From assembly GCA_964016885.1 (NCBI GenBank), contig OZ024742.1, positions 88,846,001 through 88,910,000 of the forward strand: 64,000 bases of DNA. The letters are read 5' to 3'. The notes beneath the pieces were generated by a model. It searched no databases and was not told the origin of the DNA. It was given only the letters and a program-made list of their open reading frames with translations. Shown here piece by piece: positions 26,942 through 41,096 of this stretch. The translations under genes were made by a program, and so were the position numbers. Origin of the DNA: Eledone cirrhosa (Eukaryota). Numbering within the stretch: the first letter of the stretch is position 1; every line of letters begins with the position of its first letter.

Positions 26942-27381
26942 CTTAATGCGTAAACACAGATGGCTGGACTTCTTCCTTGTTGAAAATCCAAGTATCGGCC
27001 TCCATCGTTTACCATTCGATTAATTGGTGAAATATATTTCTTTAATGGAATATATACAGGGAAGATTAATCATATTATAAGGTATCTATTTTTGAAGTTC
27101 TAGTTAACTCTATTTAGTTACCTACCTTGCTATGTGTGCTTACAAACATGTAAAAATTATCACCTGACATTGTTTCATATGTTTATTTATATGTTAATCA
27201 ATTTCTAGTTGTTATAAAATGCTCGGACCTATTCATTAGAATCTTGGACCTTATTTTACGGGTGATATGGCGCATGGCTTTCTGGCATGACACCCATAAT
27301 TTTGATTTAGATTAAATTCATTTTGATTTATCTTAATTTTGGATATAGATATATATGTATATATATACATATATCTACTAA

Positions 27382-27443
<62 letters not shown>

Positions 27444-29879
27444 AAGAGTGAAGAATAATAACATGGTCTGTACAAAAAGGGTTTTATTTACAGTATTAAC
27501 AATATTTTCATTGATCAGGTGAATCTAAAGGTCACTGATCACTCGAAATTGCGTCACTCGACCTTAAATAGTGTGTATGTCTCTGATCAAATCATCGTAA
27601 TACGGATTATATATATATAAAGTGTTACCGGTCAAGGTCAGAAAGACCGTTATTTAAAATATTACTCGAGATTTCAGGAAGGTTGAGTGTAGATGTTCTT
27701 ACTTCGTGGCTAAGATTATACTGTTTAGATAGTGATAAATAAATAAATAAATAGGTAGATATATATTTATGCATTTACATACATAAATACATATATACGT
27801 ACAAACATTCTTGTACAGGTGTTTAAAACAATCCACAACAAAAAGAATAAACTTTGGGGTAATATTAACAATGAAGATTAGAGTGTGCATACTCTTTAAA
27901 TCAATTGACTTTTTCTGGTTTCGTCAGACTTCTTCCGTCCTAAATACAAATAAGTACCAGTCTAATAATTATGTCATTTCGTGGAACTTTAACTAATTAT
28001 AAAGTGGTAGGGGAGCCGTAGAGGCAGACAGCGTGATTTGGACATTCAAAACTGCCTAATCCTAATCTCCATCTCTGAAAAAATCTGATTGTGTACAGAG
28101 AAGGAGATAGTTAGAGAGAAAGAGAGCGAGAGAGAGCGTTAGAAAAAAGGAAAGAATTGAGACAGTATTCGATTGGTGCTTACTTTATCTAGAACGGATG
28201 AATTGCAACATTAACATCTGCGGGATTTGAACTGAGAGCCAAGACGTTTGATACGAATAATTTAGCCGTCCTACTAACGGCTTTGCCAGTTCACCTCCAA
28301 TGTATTTATCCGCCTACATATTCCTTATAGTGAGTAATATTAATTTAAAAATATTTCTATGAACTGATAATATTCAGGCAATCATTAGACAAACGAAGGA
28401 TATTGTCTACTAATTGCTTGGATAATAATCTCAATTGGTTGAATTTTTCAACTCAATATATCACATAGTGCAAATAAAATAATATCATCTACTCGTTATA
28501 TCTCTTTTATCCCTGCTATCTATTTTCTTTCTCTTTTTCGTGGTTTCTTCAATCGTGCTGTTATTGAATATCAGCTTTCGAAACGTGTGTGATCTTTAAT
28601 TTAATTATTTTAATTTTATTTAAATCAGGCTTACATTCATATTCTTTTGTTTAACTGACAATGTAGAAACTGCCACGATATTGCGGTGTGTTTGTAGTTG
28701 GAACAAAATATATATTTTCCTCATACAGGGAAAGGTTTTAACTAGCTATATCGTTGAAGGACTAGAATGGGATGCAAGGGAATGATATTTATGATATTAA
28801 CGGAGATGAGAATGCGTATTCTCCTAAATCGTATCCGACAATTCCAAAGTTTCTACGATATAGTTTTCACGAAAGTACCAGTCTAGAATTTTACAAATTG
28901 CAGTAGATTACTAACTTTGAGTCTAAATGTCACAGCGTGGGAATAATATAGATAATATGTATGCTCGAATCGTTGACAACACAGATGTGGAATTTATGAT
29001 ATCTGCAGCGAAATTAGTAATAAATTATGTACGTTATAACACTAGCTTACTGCAGTAACTGGATTTGAGAAAAAAACTAATTAAGCGTGAATTCAAGATT
29101 TCCGTAGTTATTTTGAATAATATATGATGGGTGGAATTTAAAAGAAAAGAAACCTCTTACCAGAAATTACTAGATTAGAGAGAGAAATAATTTATTGAAT
29201 AGCAAAATTTGCTATTGAATAGACATGCCGTCTGGGATATCTACAAAAAATATGTCGGTTTTGGGGTGCTCGCCCTTTATGAAACTGGTAGAAAAATAAG
29301 GCAAATGAATATGGGTAATAAAGGAGTGATTACTCGATACAGATACTGCACGATATTTGATTACGAACATATGCGTGCGTTTCGATTCCATAGATGCGTG
29401 CTAGATATTTCAGTTGAATTTAATCATAATCTTTATTGGGAACAAAGTTCGGGAGATATGTGGTGCAATGGAAGGCTTACCTAGTCATTTACCTTCAAAG
29501 TTAATTGAAATCGCTGAATTTTGTAAAACTGGTATTGTAGCACATGATACATGAGACTTAGTAGGCAACTGCACAATGACATATTTATCACCGAGAATGA
29601 ATGGAGTGCAATGCTAATTTCATTCGAACTTGAACTCCTGTTTTAATCCTCGTACTGCAACCGGGGGCAGTCTACGAACATTCCACAGTTTCTCAACTCC
29701 GGAATGATTACACTGCTGGGATAAAGTTAAGTAAAGTAAGAATAATATGTAATATTATGCCTAAAATTATTGTATAACTTTCATCCCCTTAAAAGAACAA
29801 TTCTTTTACCAATACTCATTGTTGTTAATTTCTGAAGGAGAGTGTTTTTATGAAATCGAAGTTCCTTTTGTGACGCTAA

Positions 29880-30260
29880 ACTCCGCCAGCTGCAGCCTGC
29901 GCATCTCTCTCCACAAAGTTCAATCACCAGCAGTAGAGTTCATAGAGCAAAGATTAATTCCAGTCCATGAAAATTGACATTATCAAGCCATCGTTTTGAC
30001 TGCCAATCTTTGCTTCTCCTACCAGCCAAATTTCCTTCCAGACATAACCTATTCACACCAGAGTTGATATTTTTATATGGTCGTATGTTTTGAGTACTTT
30101 TGACTCGACAATTGATGTAATTGGTCTAAGTTTGGTAATGTTGAGCATCTAAGTGATACATATACGGTCGCTGAGCCGCTTGCCAATCATAAGTCTCATG
30201 GTGTGGTTCTGGAATGTACAGAGTTTCTGAAGTGACCTACCTTGTCGTCCAATTAACACA
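29880..30260 (-). mobile_element. Old RTE 3' fragment
   Basis: EGNLAGRRSKDWQSKRWLDNV resembles the RTE C-terminal G.R.RGR...RW.D motif. Confidence 0.6.
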
Positions 30261-30299
30261 GTCAAGACCATATAACGAAGTTAGATGTTTCTTTTCTGA

Positions 30300-31650
30300 A
30301 ATCATACTGCTTAGAAAAGGTCCTAAGATTTATATGTACATTAGGAATAGTAACCAATGCATAGAATAAAACATTATTATGGAGCTCTTTATCTGCTCAT
30401 GCGCTGTATCTCTTAGACCACACAAAGTTGTGTTTCAAAGTAGAGATATTCAATTTCTTACAGTTTTTGTCTTGGGAAACTTCGTCGATTGAGGAAAGAC
30501 ATGTGAATGATTTTATTTTAAAGCGGTAATGATGATCCTCTTTAAAAAATAGCTCAATCCATTTTAATTATATATATTTACTCACCTGATCTTTTTTTTT
30601 TCAAATCGCCTTACCAAGATCTAATATTCATTTCACCTAATTCTAGTATTCCACAAACCCATGGAATTCTCAGTACACGTGATCATATGAGTCGGATCAT
30701 ATAAGATTCTATTTTCGATAGATCCCCCACTTGATCAACTCCAGTAACAGATATATTCCTTCACCATCCTATCTCTTATTCTGGGCATAGATGTTTCATT
30801 CCCAGTGAGCATTATTATTCATCGGCGATAAAATATAGGAACATTTTAGATCAATAATAAACAGATTATCTGCCTATAGTTGCTTATTTAATTCTTCTTC
30901 TTTGTTATCTTTATGAATAAATACATGTTTGCCAGTTGTTATCCATAATAAACTACTTTGTTATGCATTAGAAACGATATCCTGCCAAGTGAGAATGCAT
31001 ACTTAAATAGTGTATTCAACACTGGCAATATCGCGTTCTATCTGGTCAGCTTGGTATTTTCATTAATGTCTTCCTAATCTTTCATTTGTTGGAGACTTAA
31101 TATAATTTCTCTTTTCCAATTCTATTTTCAGTTGTATTGTATAATTTCTGTCTCTGCTAAGTTCAAAATTCTGACACCAGTTGCCTGGCCACTACTGTTT
31201 TGAATCAATATATTAAGTACATCATTTTACTGATGTCTTCAACATGTCTTAGATGATATAAATTGATTTCATTATTTCGAAGAATTCAGTTTTTAGTAAT
31301 ATCGGTAGATCCGTTGTTGGTATCTTTTTATGTTTCCTGTCTTCGCCTTGAATTTTTGTTGTATTTCCTCTATTAACATGTATATTAGCTTTTTGTCACA
31401 ACTTATATTTTCTTTGTAATATCTCTTAGAGCTTGTTTGCGATATTCTTCTTTTCAAAAATTGATGAAAGCTGACCTAAATATTTATCGATTTTATTTCA
31501 CTTATATCTCTCCTCATTCCGTTTCTTCTTTTCTAGCATAATTCTGTTCTTTATTTTTAGAATTTTATATTGAACAATTAGAAGTACAATATAAAACCAG
31601 TGCGCCTACATCATTGATATCAGCAATGTTGAGTTATATTGTCTTCATGA
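30300..31650 (-). mobile_element. Highly decayed R4/Dong-type retrotransposon segment
   Basis: IEEIQQKFKAKTGNIKRYQQRIYRY resembles the pre-RT region of the 46.9-49.3 kb element; vestigial RT motifs lie downstream. Confidence 0.6.
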
Positions 31651-32722
31651 TATTAACATTTCCTACAGCCAAATATAATTTACTCTTCTCAATTCCTTTT
31701 AATGACAGTAACCTTATTTCATTGATCGGTTAATCTTCATTTCTTCTTCCGTCTACCATTCACAGTCCAATATTAAAAATCTATATTTAAAAACCAATTT
31801 GATTTCTTTCTTCTACACTCTTAATTTGACAATAGTTTCCCGTTTCTATAATATCCAAACTCTCAATATAAGACTGTTTTCTTTTGTGCGCGGGTGTGCC
31901 TGTGTGTTTGTGTTAATGCATGTGGTGTATGTGAACGAGTGTTTTTGTGTGTGTATGTGTACATACATGTGTCTGTTTGATTTCCTGGGCATTGGATAAA
32001 CCTGACAGCGAAAAAAAATTGCATTTTGCACGAATATTTGAGTACACTAATTAGTTTGTGAATATTTGTATTTCCCCGTATTCTACATACATGTTTGTCT
32101 CTCCATTCCCTTATATACATAATATTTGATATTTTATAATGATGTTTTCAAGAAAAATACATTCAGCTGCTCTGTTTGTATGTTCTTTTGTTACATGCTT
32201 AATTTCTAATGAAATATTATGTTGTACAAACGGACGACGCTTACAAACATATGCTCATGTTCTTGCAATTTCTATCTATAAATATGTATTATATTTCACG
32301 TTCCACAACTAGTTCTATATGCCATGGTATACTATATTCATCAGACTCATGGTAATACATTTGTTGGCGTTTTCTCTTTTAAAACTTTTTAAATGTCCGA
32401 AGAAATTCTCCGTAAACAAATTATCCGAACGTTCATAATAAACAATCAATAAGCAATCTTTTTTTCATATTTTATTCTAACACGAATACAAGATAATATT
32501 TTTTCGAGATGTGTATAGTTAAATAAAATTCTTAAGCAGTATATCCCTGTTAGATTTTGTTCTAGACCCAGAAGAATAAATTACAAACGCACTCCCAGTG
32601 CGATTTGATCCTACAGAAGGGTAATTAAACACTACATGACATTTTGTCCGTTATGCTACAATTCATGGCTTGCCTTATTTTCTAATGTGTACAAAGCCAA
32701 ACGTAATAGGAAAGGTAATATT

Positions 32723-33983
32723 CGAGGTGTGTCAGAAAACAAATAGGACTTGAGTCGCAAAAGAAATTTCAAATCCACACTACAATCTACAAGTTTTCCC
32801 CTTCAAATGATCCTCTTCGAGTCTATTTCACTTTTCTATCCTTCCCAGCTACACCTCCACGCACTTCTGGACGGTTTCTCACGGGATTCTCCGCAGCTCC
32901 GTTGATGGCTTCAATGTCCGGAAGACGGGTCAACTTGATAACTCTGATGTGCTTAGGGAAAAAGAAAAATACCACGAAGCCAGTCGAGTGATTCGGGAGA
33001 TTGCAGCACTTTAAGTTCTCGACCAGGAATTAACGGATGCTCAGTACTTTGTGAGCAGGCGCGTTCTCGTGGTGAAGCAGCCACGAATAGTGCTGTCCTA
33101 CGTCTCACTTCTTGTCACATCCTGAGCGAAACAAACGCCACATGATCTCGTTGTAGGCATGTTGGTTGTTGTCTGGCCCTGTAGCATGAACTTCATGTGG
33201 ATGATGCTACTCACATAGAAGAACGTGATCAACATTGGAATTCGACTGTTTTGCTTTCCCCGGACTCATCCGATGAAGGCTCCGGTCCTTGGTCTCAGGC
33301 TCATTCTCGAAAATCCATGATCCATCGCCGGTGATGACTCTCCCCAGCATGTATGGTTCAGTTTCAAAATGCTTGGGGATATCCTGACACGTATGCATGC
33401 ACCGGCACTACTGGTCATAGGTCAGTAACTTTCGTGCCATCTTCGCGTAGATCTTCCGCATGCCCAAATCTTCGGTGATAATCTTGCAAACACTGTCACG
33501 GTTCATGCCCAGTTCACTTGCGATCAATCGGACAATCAGCCGACGATCGCCATGCACCACCTGTCTCAAGCGCTCAACTTTGGCCTTAGTCCTGCTCGTT
33601 GAAAGCCTTCAGTTCCTGGGGTCGTCTTCCAGGTCATCGCGTCCCCCTTTGAACATTGTGTGCCACACAAAAAAAAGACGTAAGCCTTTCATCGTCTAAA
33701 ATGCGTACTCTTGCTACAGCATTCCGAGTGCTTCCGACGCAATTATCCCCAGCCGGACCAGAAACCTCAGGCTGGTTTGTCGCTCTATGCCCATCGCTTG
33801 ACGACCTTAAATGGAAGAGCTGGAAACAAAAGCATTTGAAAAAACATTCAATGGCTGCAGAACACTAAGATCGCACTTCTATCCTCCCGGGATATTCATA
33901 CATGGTAATGCAACTCGCTAATCCCTAGCTCACTCATAGTTCAGAAAGCACATTAAGTCCTGTTACTTTTATGACACACGTGG
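32723..33983 (-). mobile_element. Mariner-family DNA transposon fossil
   Basis: ~28-bp imperfect TIRs (32723-32750 / 33956-33983), TA at the right flank, ~1.26 kb; transposase remnants FKGGRDDLEDDPR, DRRLIVRLIASELG, VITGDGSWIF, WLLHHENAPAH with stops. Confidence 0.92.
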
Positions 33984-34929
33984 TATAGTTGAATGAATCC
34001 ACATCTGTGTTGTGTTAGTCTATTGCCTTATTTTATTGGTAAGCCGATAAAATATTTAGGGCAATGTGAAGTTATTAGGAATTCAAATCAGAATTTAATG
34101 TATTGAAATATAAATGAATTTTGTCTATCATTAGCAATATTGCTAATACAAAGCTTTTGCATTTTGTCTAATGATTGTTGCATGAGATATCCAGCTCTTC
34201 AGACGAATTAAACATATACATTGTGTTATGTAATCTTTCAGAAAAGTAGCCCAAAAATGTATAGTGCGCTGTATATGCACATAATCATAATATTAACGTT
34301 AAGGTCTATATGAGCAAACGATACTCTGTTTCCCGAATGTCCAACAAGTTCTCGTTGCAATTTTTACACTAAAGAAATATTGTGATATGTGTCAAATTAA
34401 TCTTATAAGACCATAATCACCATATCAAAGAATTCCTTTATGTGTGAACTCTAATATTTTCAAATTAACAAAATTAAGTGACAGACACGTTCTATCATAT
34501 GTGAGGTGGTTGTTGGCCATATACACATCTACACTATGCGATGCAGTTAATTCCTCTTTACTCCTCTCTAGCCTTTTCGGCGTGTACAAAGTGAGACATT
34601 TGCGTGGTGGATAAGTTGCATGGAGTGAACGAGAGTTATACGTATGATGCCGTGAGTGTATGAAACGTGTGATGAGGTTTGTATGGGTAATATGGGAGGG
34701 AAAAGAAGAGGTAAACTATGACATGGGAGTATGGTAGTATAGGATGTGACAGAAAGGGGATGTCGAGTGATCTCTTATACTGTAGTGGAAAGTGCAGATG
34801 CTGAGACAGTTAAAGAGCTATGAATAGATTGATGGCATTTATAGAATGTAGATTCATTACCAAACGATTATGGAGTGAAAGAAACAGGTTCCTTTCACAT
34901 TCTTATGGTAGGAGAATTTTTGCCAATCC

Positions 34930-35450
34930 GGCATGTCAACAATCTTCGTTACCCATGTCCTGAGATTCAACTTCTTAAGATCAGTCTTCACTCTTTCATC
35001 CCACGTCTCCCTAGGTCTACTCCTGTCACGGGTTCTATTAACTAGAATGTCCATGGTTTATATAGCTGCTATATTCCATAAGCATCACATACTCATAGCA
35101 ACACAATGTTCTGCCTTACATACATCCTCCATCAATATCAAGAAATTTACGCCCATGTGCGTTCTTTACAGGGATTGAGACTTTACTGCTTGAAAGCAAA
35201 TTTTCGAGCGGCTTGAAGCGGTTATGAATCCCTGTTCGGAAGCCGCCTGAATGCATGCAATACGAATATAGTGTACGAGTCTAGATGCAAAATTAATTTT
35301 GAATTGCATTGCTTCCTTCGATTATACAGCTGCTCCTGGACAATCCATATCCTAAACACATTGCACAATTTGTGACACCCTAACTTGTACTTTTCAATAT
35401 GTATTGACATTATAAGACACATCACCAGATTTTGCAATTTAGATAGATCC
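34930..35450 (-). mobile_element. RTE 3' fragment
   Basis: RTRDRSRPRETWDERVKTDLKKLNL. Confidence 0.7.
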
Positions 35451-37195
35451 GTTAGATTACCTATCTGAATTAGGAGGGGTGTTTTATTTGTCGTGCTTCA
35501 ATATAGTGGTAATATTTCTACCCAAGATACTGAAACATCTTCTTATATTGTAGATTAATCACGTACATGTATGAGATGAGAAGGAATCAGAATATGTTAT
35601 TACTTCACAATATATCCGACTCGCACCTTTCGTTTGGACTTGTCAAAATTAGACAAACGTTTTATAAAATGCCTATACATATTTGCAATTCAGTGAAATT
35701 GGAAAACGTGTTTGTACATGGGATCAATTGAATTTCATGTGTATACTCGACATGTCAGAGTGCTACATAAGGTCTGCAGCGAGCAACCGATATATATCAG
35801 TGTAATATTTTCTTTACTTATAACAATCTAGGCAGCTGTCTATCACAAGTTTTCTATAAACGCATTCTACATAGAATATGCTGAATAATCTATAAAACGT
35901 ATTTCCATTCCATCATAGTAATATTGATTAGAAACATGGAAGAGGTTTAGAGGTTCTAATCAGTCCATAAACTTGATTGATATTAATTTTCTTAAGCTTG
36001 TGGGAACCAAAATCAGGTGCGAACTTAGTGACATTTTAAAGTGGAAATTAAATGTGATGTTATTAAACCTGGGAATTCTATACCGAAATCTTAGGGTGAG
36101 TTATACGCATGCTATTCAAATAGTATACCAATGATTCAATAGTCTCAAATTTACACAGGATTCAAGAACGTTACTAGAAACTTGAACGTATCTTTATATA
36201 AGTGTGTTGACAGTGAATCAGTCCGAATCAATCATATCTTAGGAGGTGTTTGCATATACCATTACTTGAAGGATAAATTACATAAATGTTAACAACTCAT
36301 TTATAACACATGTAATATTTTAGGTTTCTGGGCAAGGCTCAGCATGAAGCAACAATCCACAGTGCATTTACGGGAAAGGAATGTTACACAATCAACAAAT
36401 AATATATGTATATAGGAGATACTGACATAATATTTTGACATCTCTAAAACTGAAGAATAAGATATTTAAAGATTCGCGAGGAACTTTCGTATTTCGATGT
36501 CCAGTCAAATAAGTAGTTATCCGACTATTACATCGTTCACCTGTGAATGCTATAGACTTTCTCAAAGATTTGTGGTTGTATATGTATGAATGTTAACGGT
36601 ACAGAAACATACGTGTTTGAGAAGGTTTTCAATATCTATATTTTTGTATTTATATTGTAGCTTTGAAAAAGCCTGTTTCAGAAATTTGTTATGCTGCAAA
36701 ACCTTCCTCGAAACCTTATTGCAGAATGAATATTTCTGAAGAAATTGGTAGATCTGTATTCATAAAATGTTGTATTCTTTATTCATCTCTTCTTTCTTCC
36801 AAGGTATCCACGATTTCTGTCTGGTAATTTTATGAGAATGTCGTTTGCCCTCAATTTGTTTTTATATATAATTACAATGCCAAATGATTTGGTAAGTGCT
36901 ACGAATATCATATGATACTGTTACTGATATTGGATGAAAGCTTGGTATTAATAAAGTAGTGATTGGCGCCTTACAAACCTGCAAACCGACGGACGAAGCA
37001 ATAGTCTACCAGAACAATTTTAAAATATTGCTTTGAAAATGCAAGTGTAACTTGGTTAGGATCCGTATTGCTAACCAATTTTTAAGTAAGATAGGAAACG
37101 AAATTGATTCTGACTGAGACACTACGAGTATGTAATATTAACACTGTTCTCCACTGTTATCCTCAAGTCCAACATCTTTTCGATTGTATACTTAC

Positions 37196-38592
37196 AATTA
37201 CATTGTTCTCGGTGTCCTGGATTTTTAAAAAGATGGCAGGGTTTGAGTTTGAACACATAGATCTAGTCACTGTATCGATACATCAATTACTGATACATTC
37301 GTGAACAATAATATCCTTATCCATCTGCATATTTCTATGTTCAGCAATATCATTAATAATAGGCTAAAATCTGACGCAGAAATAAGTATATAACAAGTGG
37401 AATATATATATATATTGTATATTACTAAGGGTTACTTGTAGTGTTTATCTAAAGTATATTTTGAAATATATGAATTCTAGAGCAATCTGTAAATGATATA
37501 TTAATCTAATGTTAAATTCTGTCAAATGTCGGTGTGTTACGTTGCTGTACACTATTGTATGTATTGATTATAACTCTCTTATCCAACGACTCTGACACCA
37601 ACTTTAAGCTGGGAGGTATTGTATTTGAAAATTTCAAAATTGCGAACAATGAATACACATGGTTTCCAGAACATTAGAATCATGCAGACTTATTACGGTT
37701 ATCTTTTTTTAATCTCAAATGGTTGCATAAAACAGGAAATTGTGTTTGAACTCACCATAATATTTTCATATGATATATATCATTGATAAACACTGTTATT
37801 AAATACTGTATATATCCGTAATACGGCTCATATATAACTGTCTATTAATAATATCTACTATAGACACTGGGCTACATATTAGGTTTAGAATGCTATATTC
37901 AATTATTAACTCCAGTCTAATAATTTAATTTATAGGTCTCAAGTATTACTGGTACAGTTAGTCCTCCAAAATTGGAATTCAAATCTTAAATGAACCTACC
38001 TAATAGCACTTAAGCTAATCTTCATTTGTCTTTTACAACACTGGACAAATAATATCTCAGCGCCTTGGTCGCATTTTACCCATGCGAGACGTCATACATA
38101 TAGTTTTTGTGTCTTTATTGTTGTTGTTATTTCTTTGTTTCGTCTTTTCTTTGTAAACCTTTTTGAAGATAGATATTTGTTATTATACAATCCCAGGACA
38201 ACACATGTTGAACACTCATAACAAAATTTCTACCAGTCTTAATCATCGCAACTGTTAAGAATATAATAGATACCTTTTCGTAAGGTAAGCATTTGTGATT
38301 TAATGGAGAATAGAGTGTTATTTTTATCAAATTAAGTAACCGTATAAAGCTCCTTTGCTATGAAGATACTTTTTTTCATGGGTGTATCTACATTAATTTT
38401 AGCTGCACAAATAATTGCTTCGGGCAAATTGATAAGATTGTTAACTACAGCTAACATCCTGGTATATATATTTACATGAATAAGGATGGTAATGTATAAT
38501 ATAGTTTCAATGCTGCAGCACAGGGCGAACAGGCGACTGAAAATATGCATACCAATCAATGCGAGAACATAGAAATAGAGACTGTATTTCAA
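37196..38592 (-). pseudogene. Two decayed Cys-rich exon-like blocks (38274-38592, 37196-37324), cytokine-receptor FN3-like
   Basis: TTCCAG acceptor then EIQSLFLCSRIDWYAY..NYIIHY..CKY..C; the second block is 129 nt between CAG and GTAAGT with one in-frame TGA. Confidence 0.38.
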
Positions 38593-38694
38593 CTGGAATA
38601 TTAATGTAAGTAGGTGAAGAAATAAAATTTTAAAGTTTTACAATTCGGAAAAGGAAATGATGCCATTATATATATATATATGCATATATATATC

Positions 38695-38758
<64 letters not shown>

Positions 38759-38847
38759 AATAATGATGGCTGCGCGTTCCAAATGGGGTGCATATGAAAA
38801 AGTAAGTCCTTCATCAGTGTTCTCCAACCGTCCCAGGCATTTCATCG

Positions 38848-38891
<44 letters not shown>

Positions 38892-39151
38892 ACTTGGGGA
38901 GGGTCATATTTGTGTAGTATTGCCAGAATTAATAACAGGACACACTCACTGTTTGGTTGGTTTTCGCTTTTCGCTTCTGTGTCTTTTATATCGGTAATCT
39001 AATTTAATTTATTCGGTCCTCAATGTTGCCATTGACTGACCAACGGTCAAAAATACAGATACAATATAGACACAAACACATATATATAGTTTATCAAATT
39101 TCTTTCGTTGCACATCTGCAACATTGTCAGTGGTGCTATTGTTTCCTCCCG

Positions 39152-39218
39152 TTGCATTGTATTTTCTACGCCATCTTTATTTAGTCTAAATAAAGATGGC
39201 GTAGAAAATACAATGCAA
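39152..39218. repeat. Perfect 33-bp-arm palindrome with a 1-nt spacer
   Basis: TTGCATTGTATTTTCTACGCCATCTTTATTTAG-T-CTAAATAAAGATGGCGTAGAAAATACAATGCAA. Confidence 0.95.
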
Positions 39219-39243
39219 TTTCATATAAAAAACCTCGCAGAAC

Positions 39244-39304
<61 letters not shown>

Positions 39305-39306
<2 letters not shown>

Positions 39307-39989
39307 CCAACCTGGGGTATATGGCCTTTAATGCGACGAAATGCCTACGACGGTTGGATGGCCACTGATGAGGACAAACTGTTTCATATGTAACCCATTT
39401 GCAGCGCCGCAGCTCCATTATTATCATATTTACACATATATTTTTTCCTCCGCTGCCACCAGTCTGTTTCGTTCTTTGTGTCTTTACCCTTTCTAGCAGT
39501 CTCTCTCTCTGTTAGCCTCTTCCTCATCTTTCACTCACTCACTCTCTGTCACTACCTCTCCTCCTCCCCTTTCTTCCCGTTTGACATGTCCATAATCCTT
39601 TTCTCGCGGGCACTTGGCCAAGCCGGTATTAATTTTTTTTCTCTCTCTCTCTCGTCTGCGACTTCACAGAACTTATGTTTACCGAATTCGCAGACCAGAC
39701 CCCTTCTTCCTCCCGTTAGACCTGTGCGAAATTCCTTCCTTGCTCACATTTCAACGAGGTTTGATGGTCTTTATTCTCTCGTTCACGATTCCACCGAATT
39801 TATATTCATAGAAATCTGGGACTTGTTTCCTTCTTCATCACTTTCTGCTGCTTAAACCATTTTGTTCGTTTACCCTAGCGTCCCCCTTATTTACGTGTCC
39901 CAATGATTTTTTTTAGCCGTTGCTCGCACCAACCTGAGGTATATGGCCTTTAATGCGACGAAATGCCTACGACGGTTGGATGGCCACTT

Positions 39990-39990
<1 letters not shown>
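39305..39990 (+). mobile_element. Non-coding (TA)n-flanked element with terminal direct repeats (~620-bp period); relatives at 38755-38852 (rc), 43405-43945, 54345-55030
   Basis: ACCAACCTG.GGTATATGGCCTTTAATGCGACGAAATGCC..GGTTGGATGGCCACT occurs at both ends; pyrimidine-rich interior. Confidence 0.75.
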
Positions 39991-40044
<54 letters not shown>

Positions 40045-40150
40045 TATATATATATATACCCTAAGTATATATAAATATATATATACTACCCTAAGTATTA
40101 AGTACTCTGGTGCGTTATGGTCCATCTGGTTCCTTACCACATTTCCTTTG

Positions 40151-40198
<48 letters not shown>

Positions 40199-40410
40199 GT
40201 TAAAGTGTACATCTACATATGTATACGGAAGTATTAGTATGCATATAAATACACACATGTATACATATGTACATGTACTCAGCTTTTCACTAGACACTTT
40301 ACAGTGAGTGTCAGCTAGTCTGTATGTAACCACACAGGCGGACCGGGTTTTAGAGTCATACGAGTTTTCAAGGAAACACATTTCCTCTATTCTCCAGAGG
40401 GCCAGACAGG

Positions 40411-40455
40411 AATATTGGACTAGTTTCGATGTTATTACATCTCATCAGCAATATT
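40411..40455 (-). ncRNA. Canonical minimal type I hammerhead ribozyme
   Basis: AATATTG-CTGATGA-GATGtaataaCATC-GAA-ACTAGT-C-CAATATT; GUC cleavage site. Confidence 0.92.
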
Positions 40456-40879
40456 TACCCATCTTCCGGCTTCTCTGGAGAATTGTAAAAGCACATATCG
40501 TTATATGCTTTTTCTATGAAAATTAGTAGTGGGTAGACTAATTTGCATAGAACGTGAGTCATTGTACGCACCGGTTCAGCGGAAACGATAAAAACAAATA
40601 ACGAAACGAAATTAAATTTCGTTTCGCTTATAACTCACTTTTGTATGACTGACGCTTAAACAATTAAGTTAAAGTGTACATCTACATATGTATACGGAAG
40701 TATTAGTATGCATATAAATACACACATGTATACATATGTACATGTACTCAGCTTTTCACTAGACACTTTACAGTGAGTGTCAGCTAGTCTGTATGTAACC
40801 ACACAGGCGGGCCGGGTTTTAGAGTCATACGAGTTTTCAAGGAAACACATTTCCTCTATTCTCCACAGGGCCAGACAGG

Positions 40880-40924
40880 AATATTGGACTAGTTTCGATG
40901 TTATTACATCTCATAGGCAATATT
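40880..40924 (-). ncRNA. Tandem copy of the hammerhead with a mutated core (CCTATGA)
   Basis: Same stems as 40411-40455; the two core substitutions are likely inactivating. Confidence 0.75.
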
Positions 40925-41096
40925 TACCCATCTTCCGGCTTCTCTGGAGAATTGTAAAAGCACACATCGTTATATGCTTTTTCTATGAAAATTCCGTATA
41001 CATATGTAGATGTACACTTTAACTTAATTGTTTAAGCGTCAGTCATACAAAAGTGAGTTAGAAGCGAAACGAAATTTAATTTCGTTTCGTTATTTG

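Larger units (their letters stand above)
28660..36891 (+). pseudogene. Putative decayed Ig-FN3-FN3-TM (type I cytokine receptor-like) gene; exon-like blocks ~28660-29028, 29203-29531, 34242-34500, 35507-35801, 36804-36891
   Basis: Most blocks are bounded by AG/GT and translate to LLTLSLNVTAWE..YVC (Ig-like), TCRLGYLQKICRFW..YC..HRC, PKNV..NLIRP*SPY..CVNS, YIRSAASNRY and a hydrophobic 88-nt block ending at GTAAGT; many stops. Confidence 0.42.

Noticed and set aside
27505-27575. HHR-like GAAATTGCGTC with an upstream hairpin
   Set aside because: No intact CUGANGA and no stem I partner; at most a truncated remnant.
37196-37324. In-frame TGA as selenocysteine
   Set aside because: Neighbouring blocks contain TAA stops and frameshifts and no SECIS was recognised; decay is the simpler explanation.
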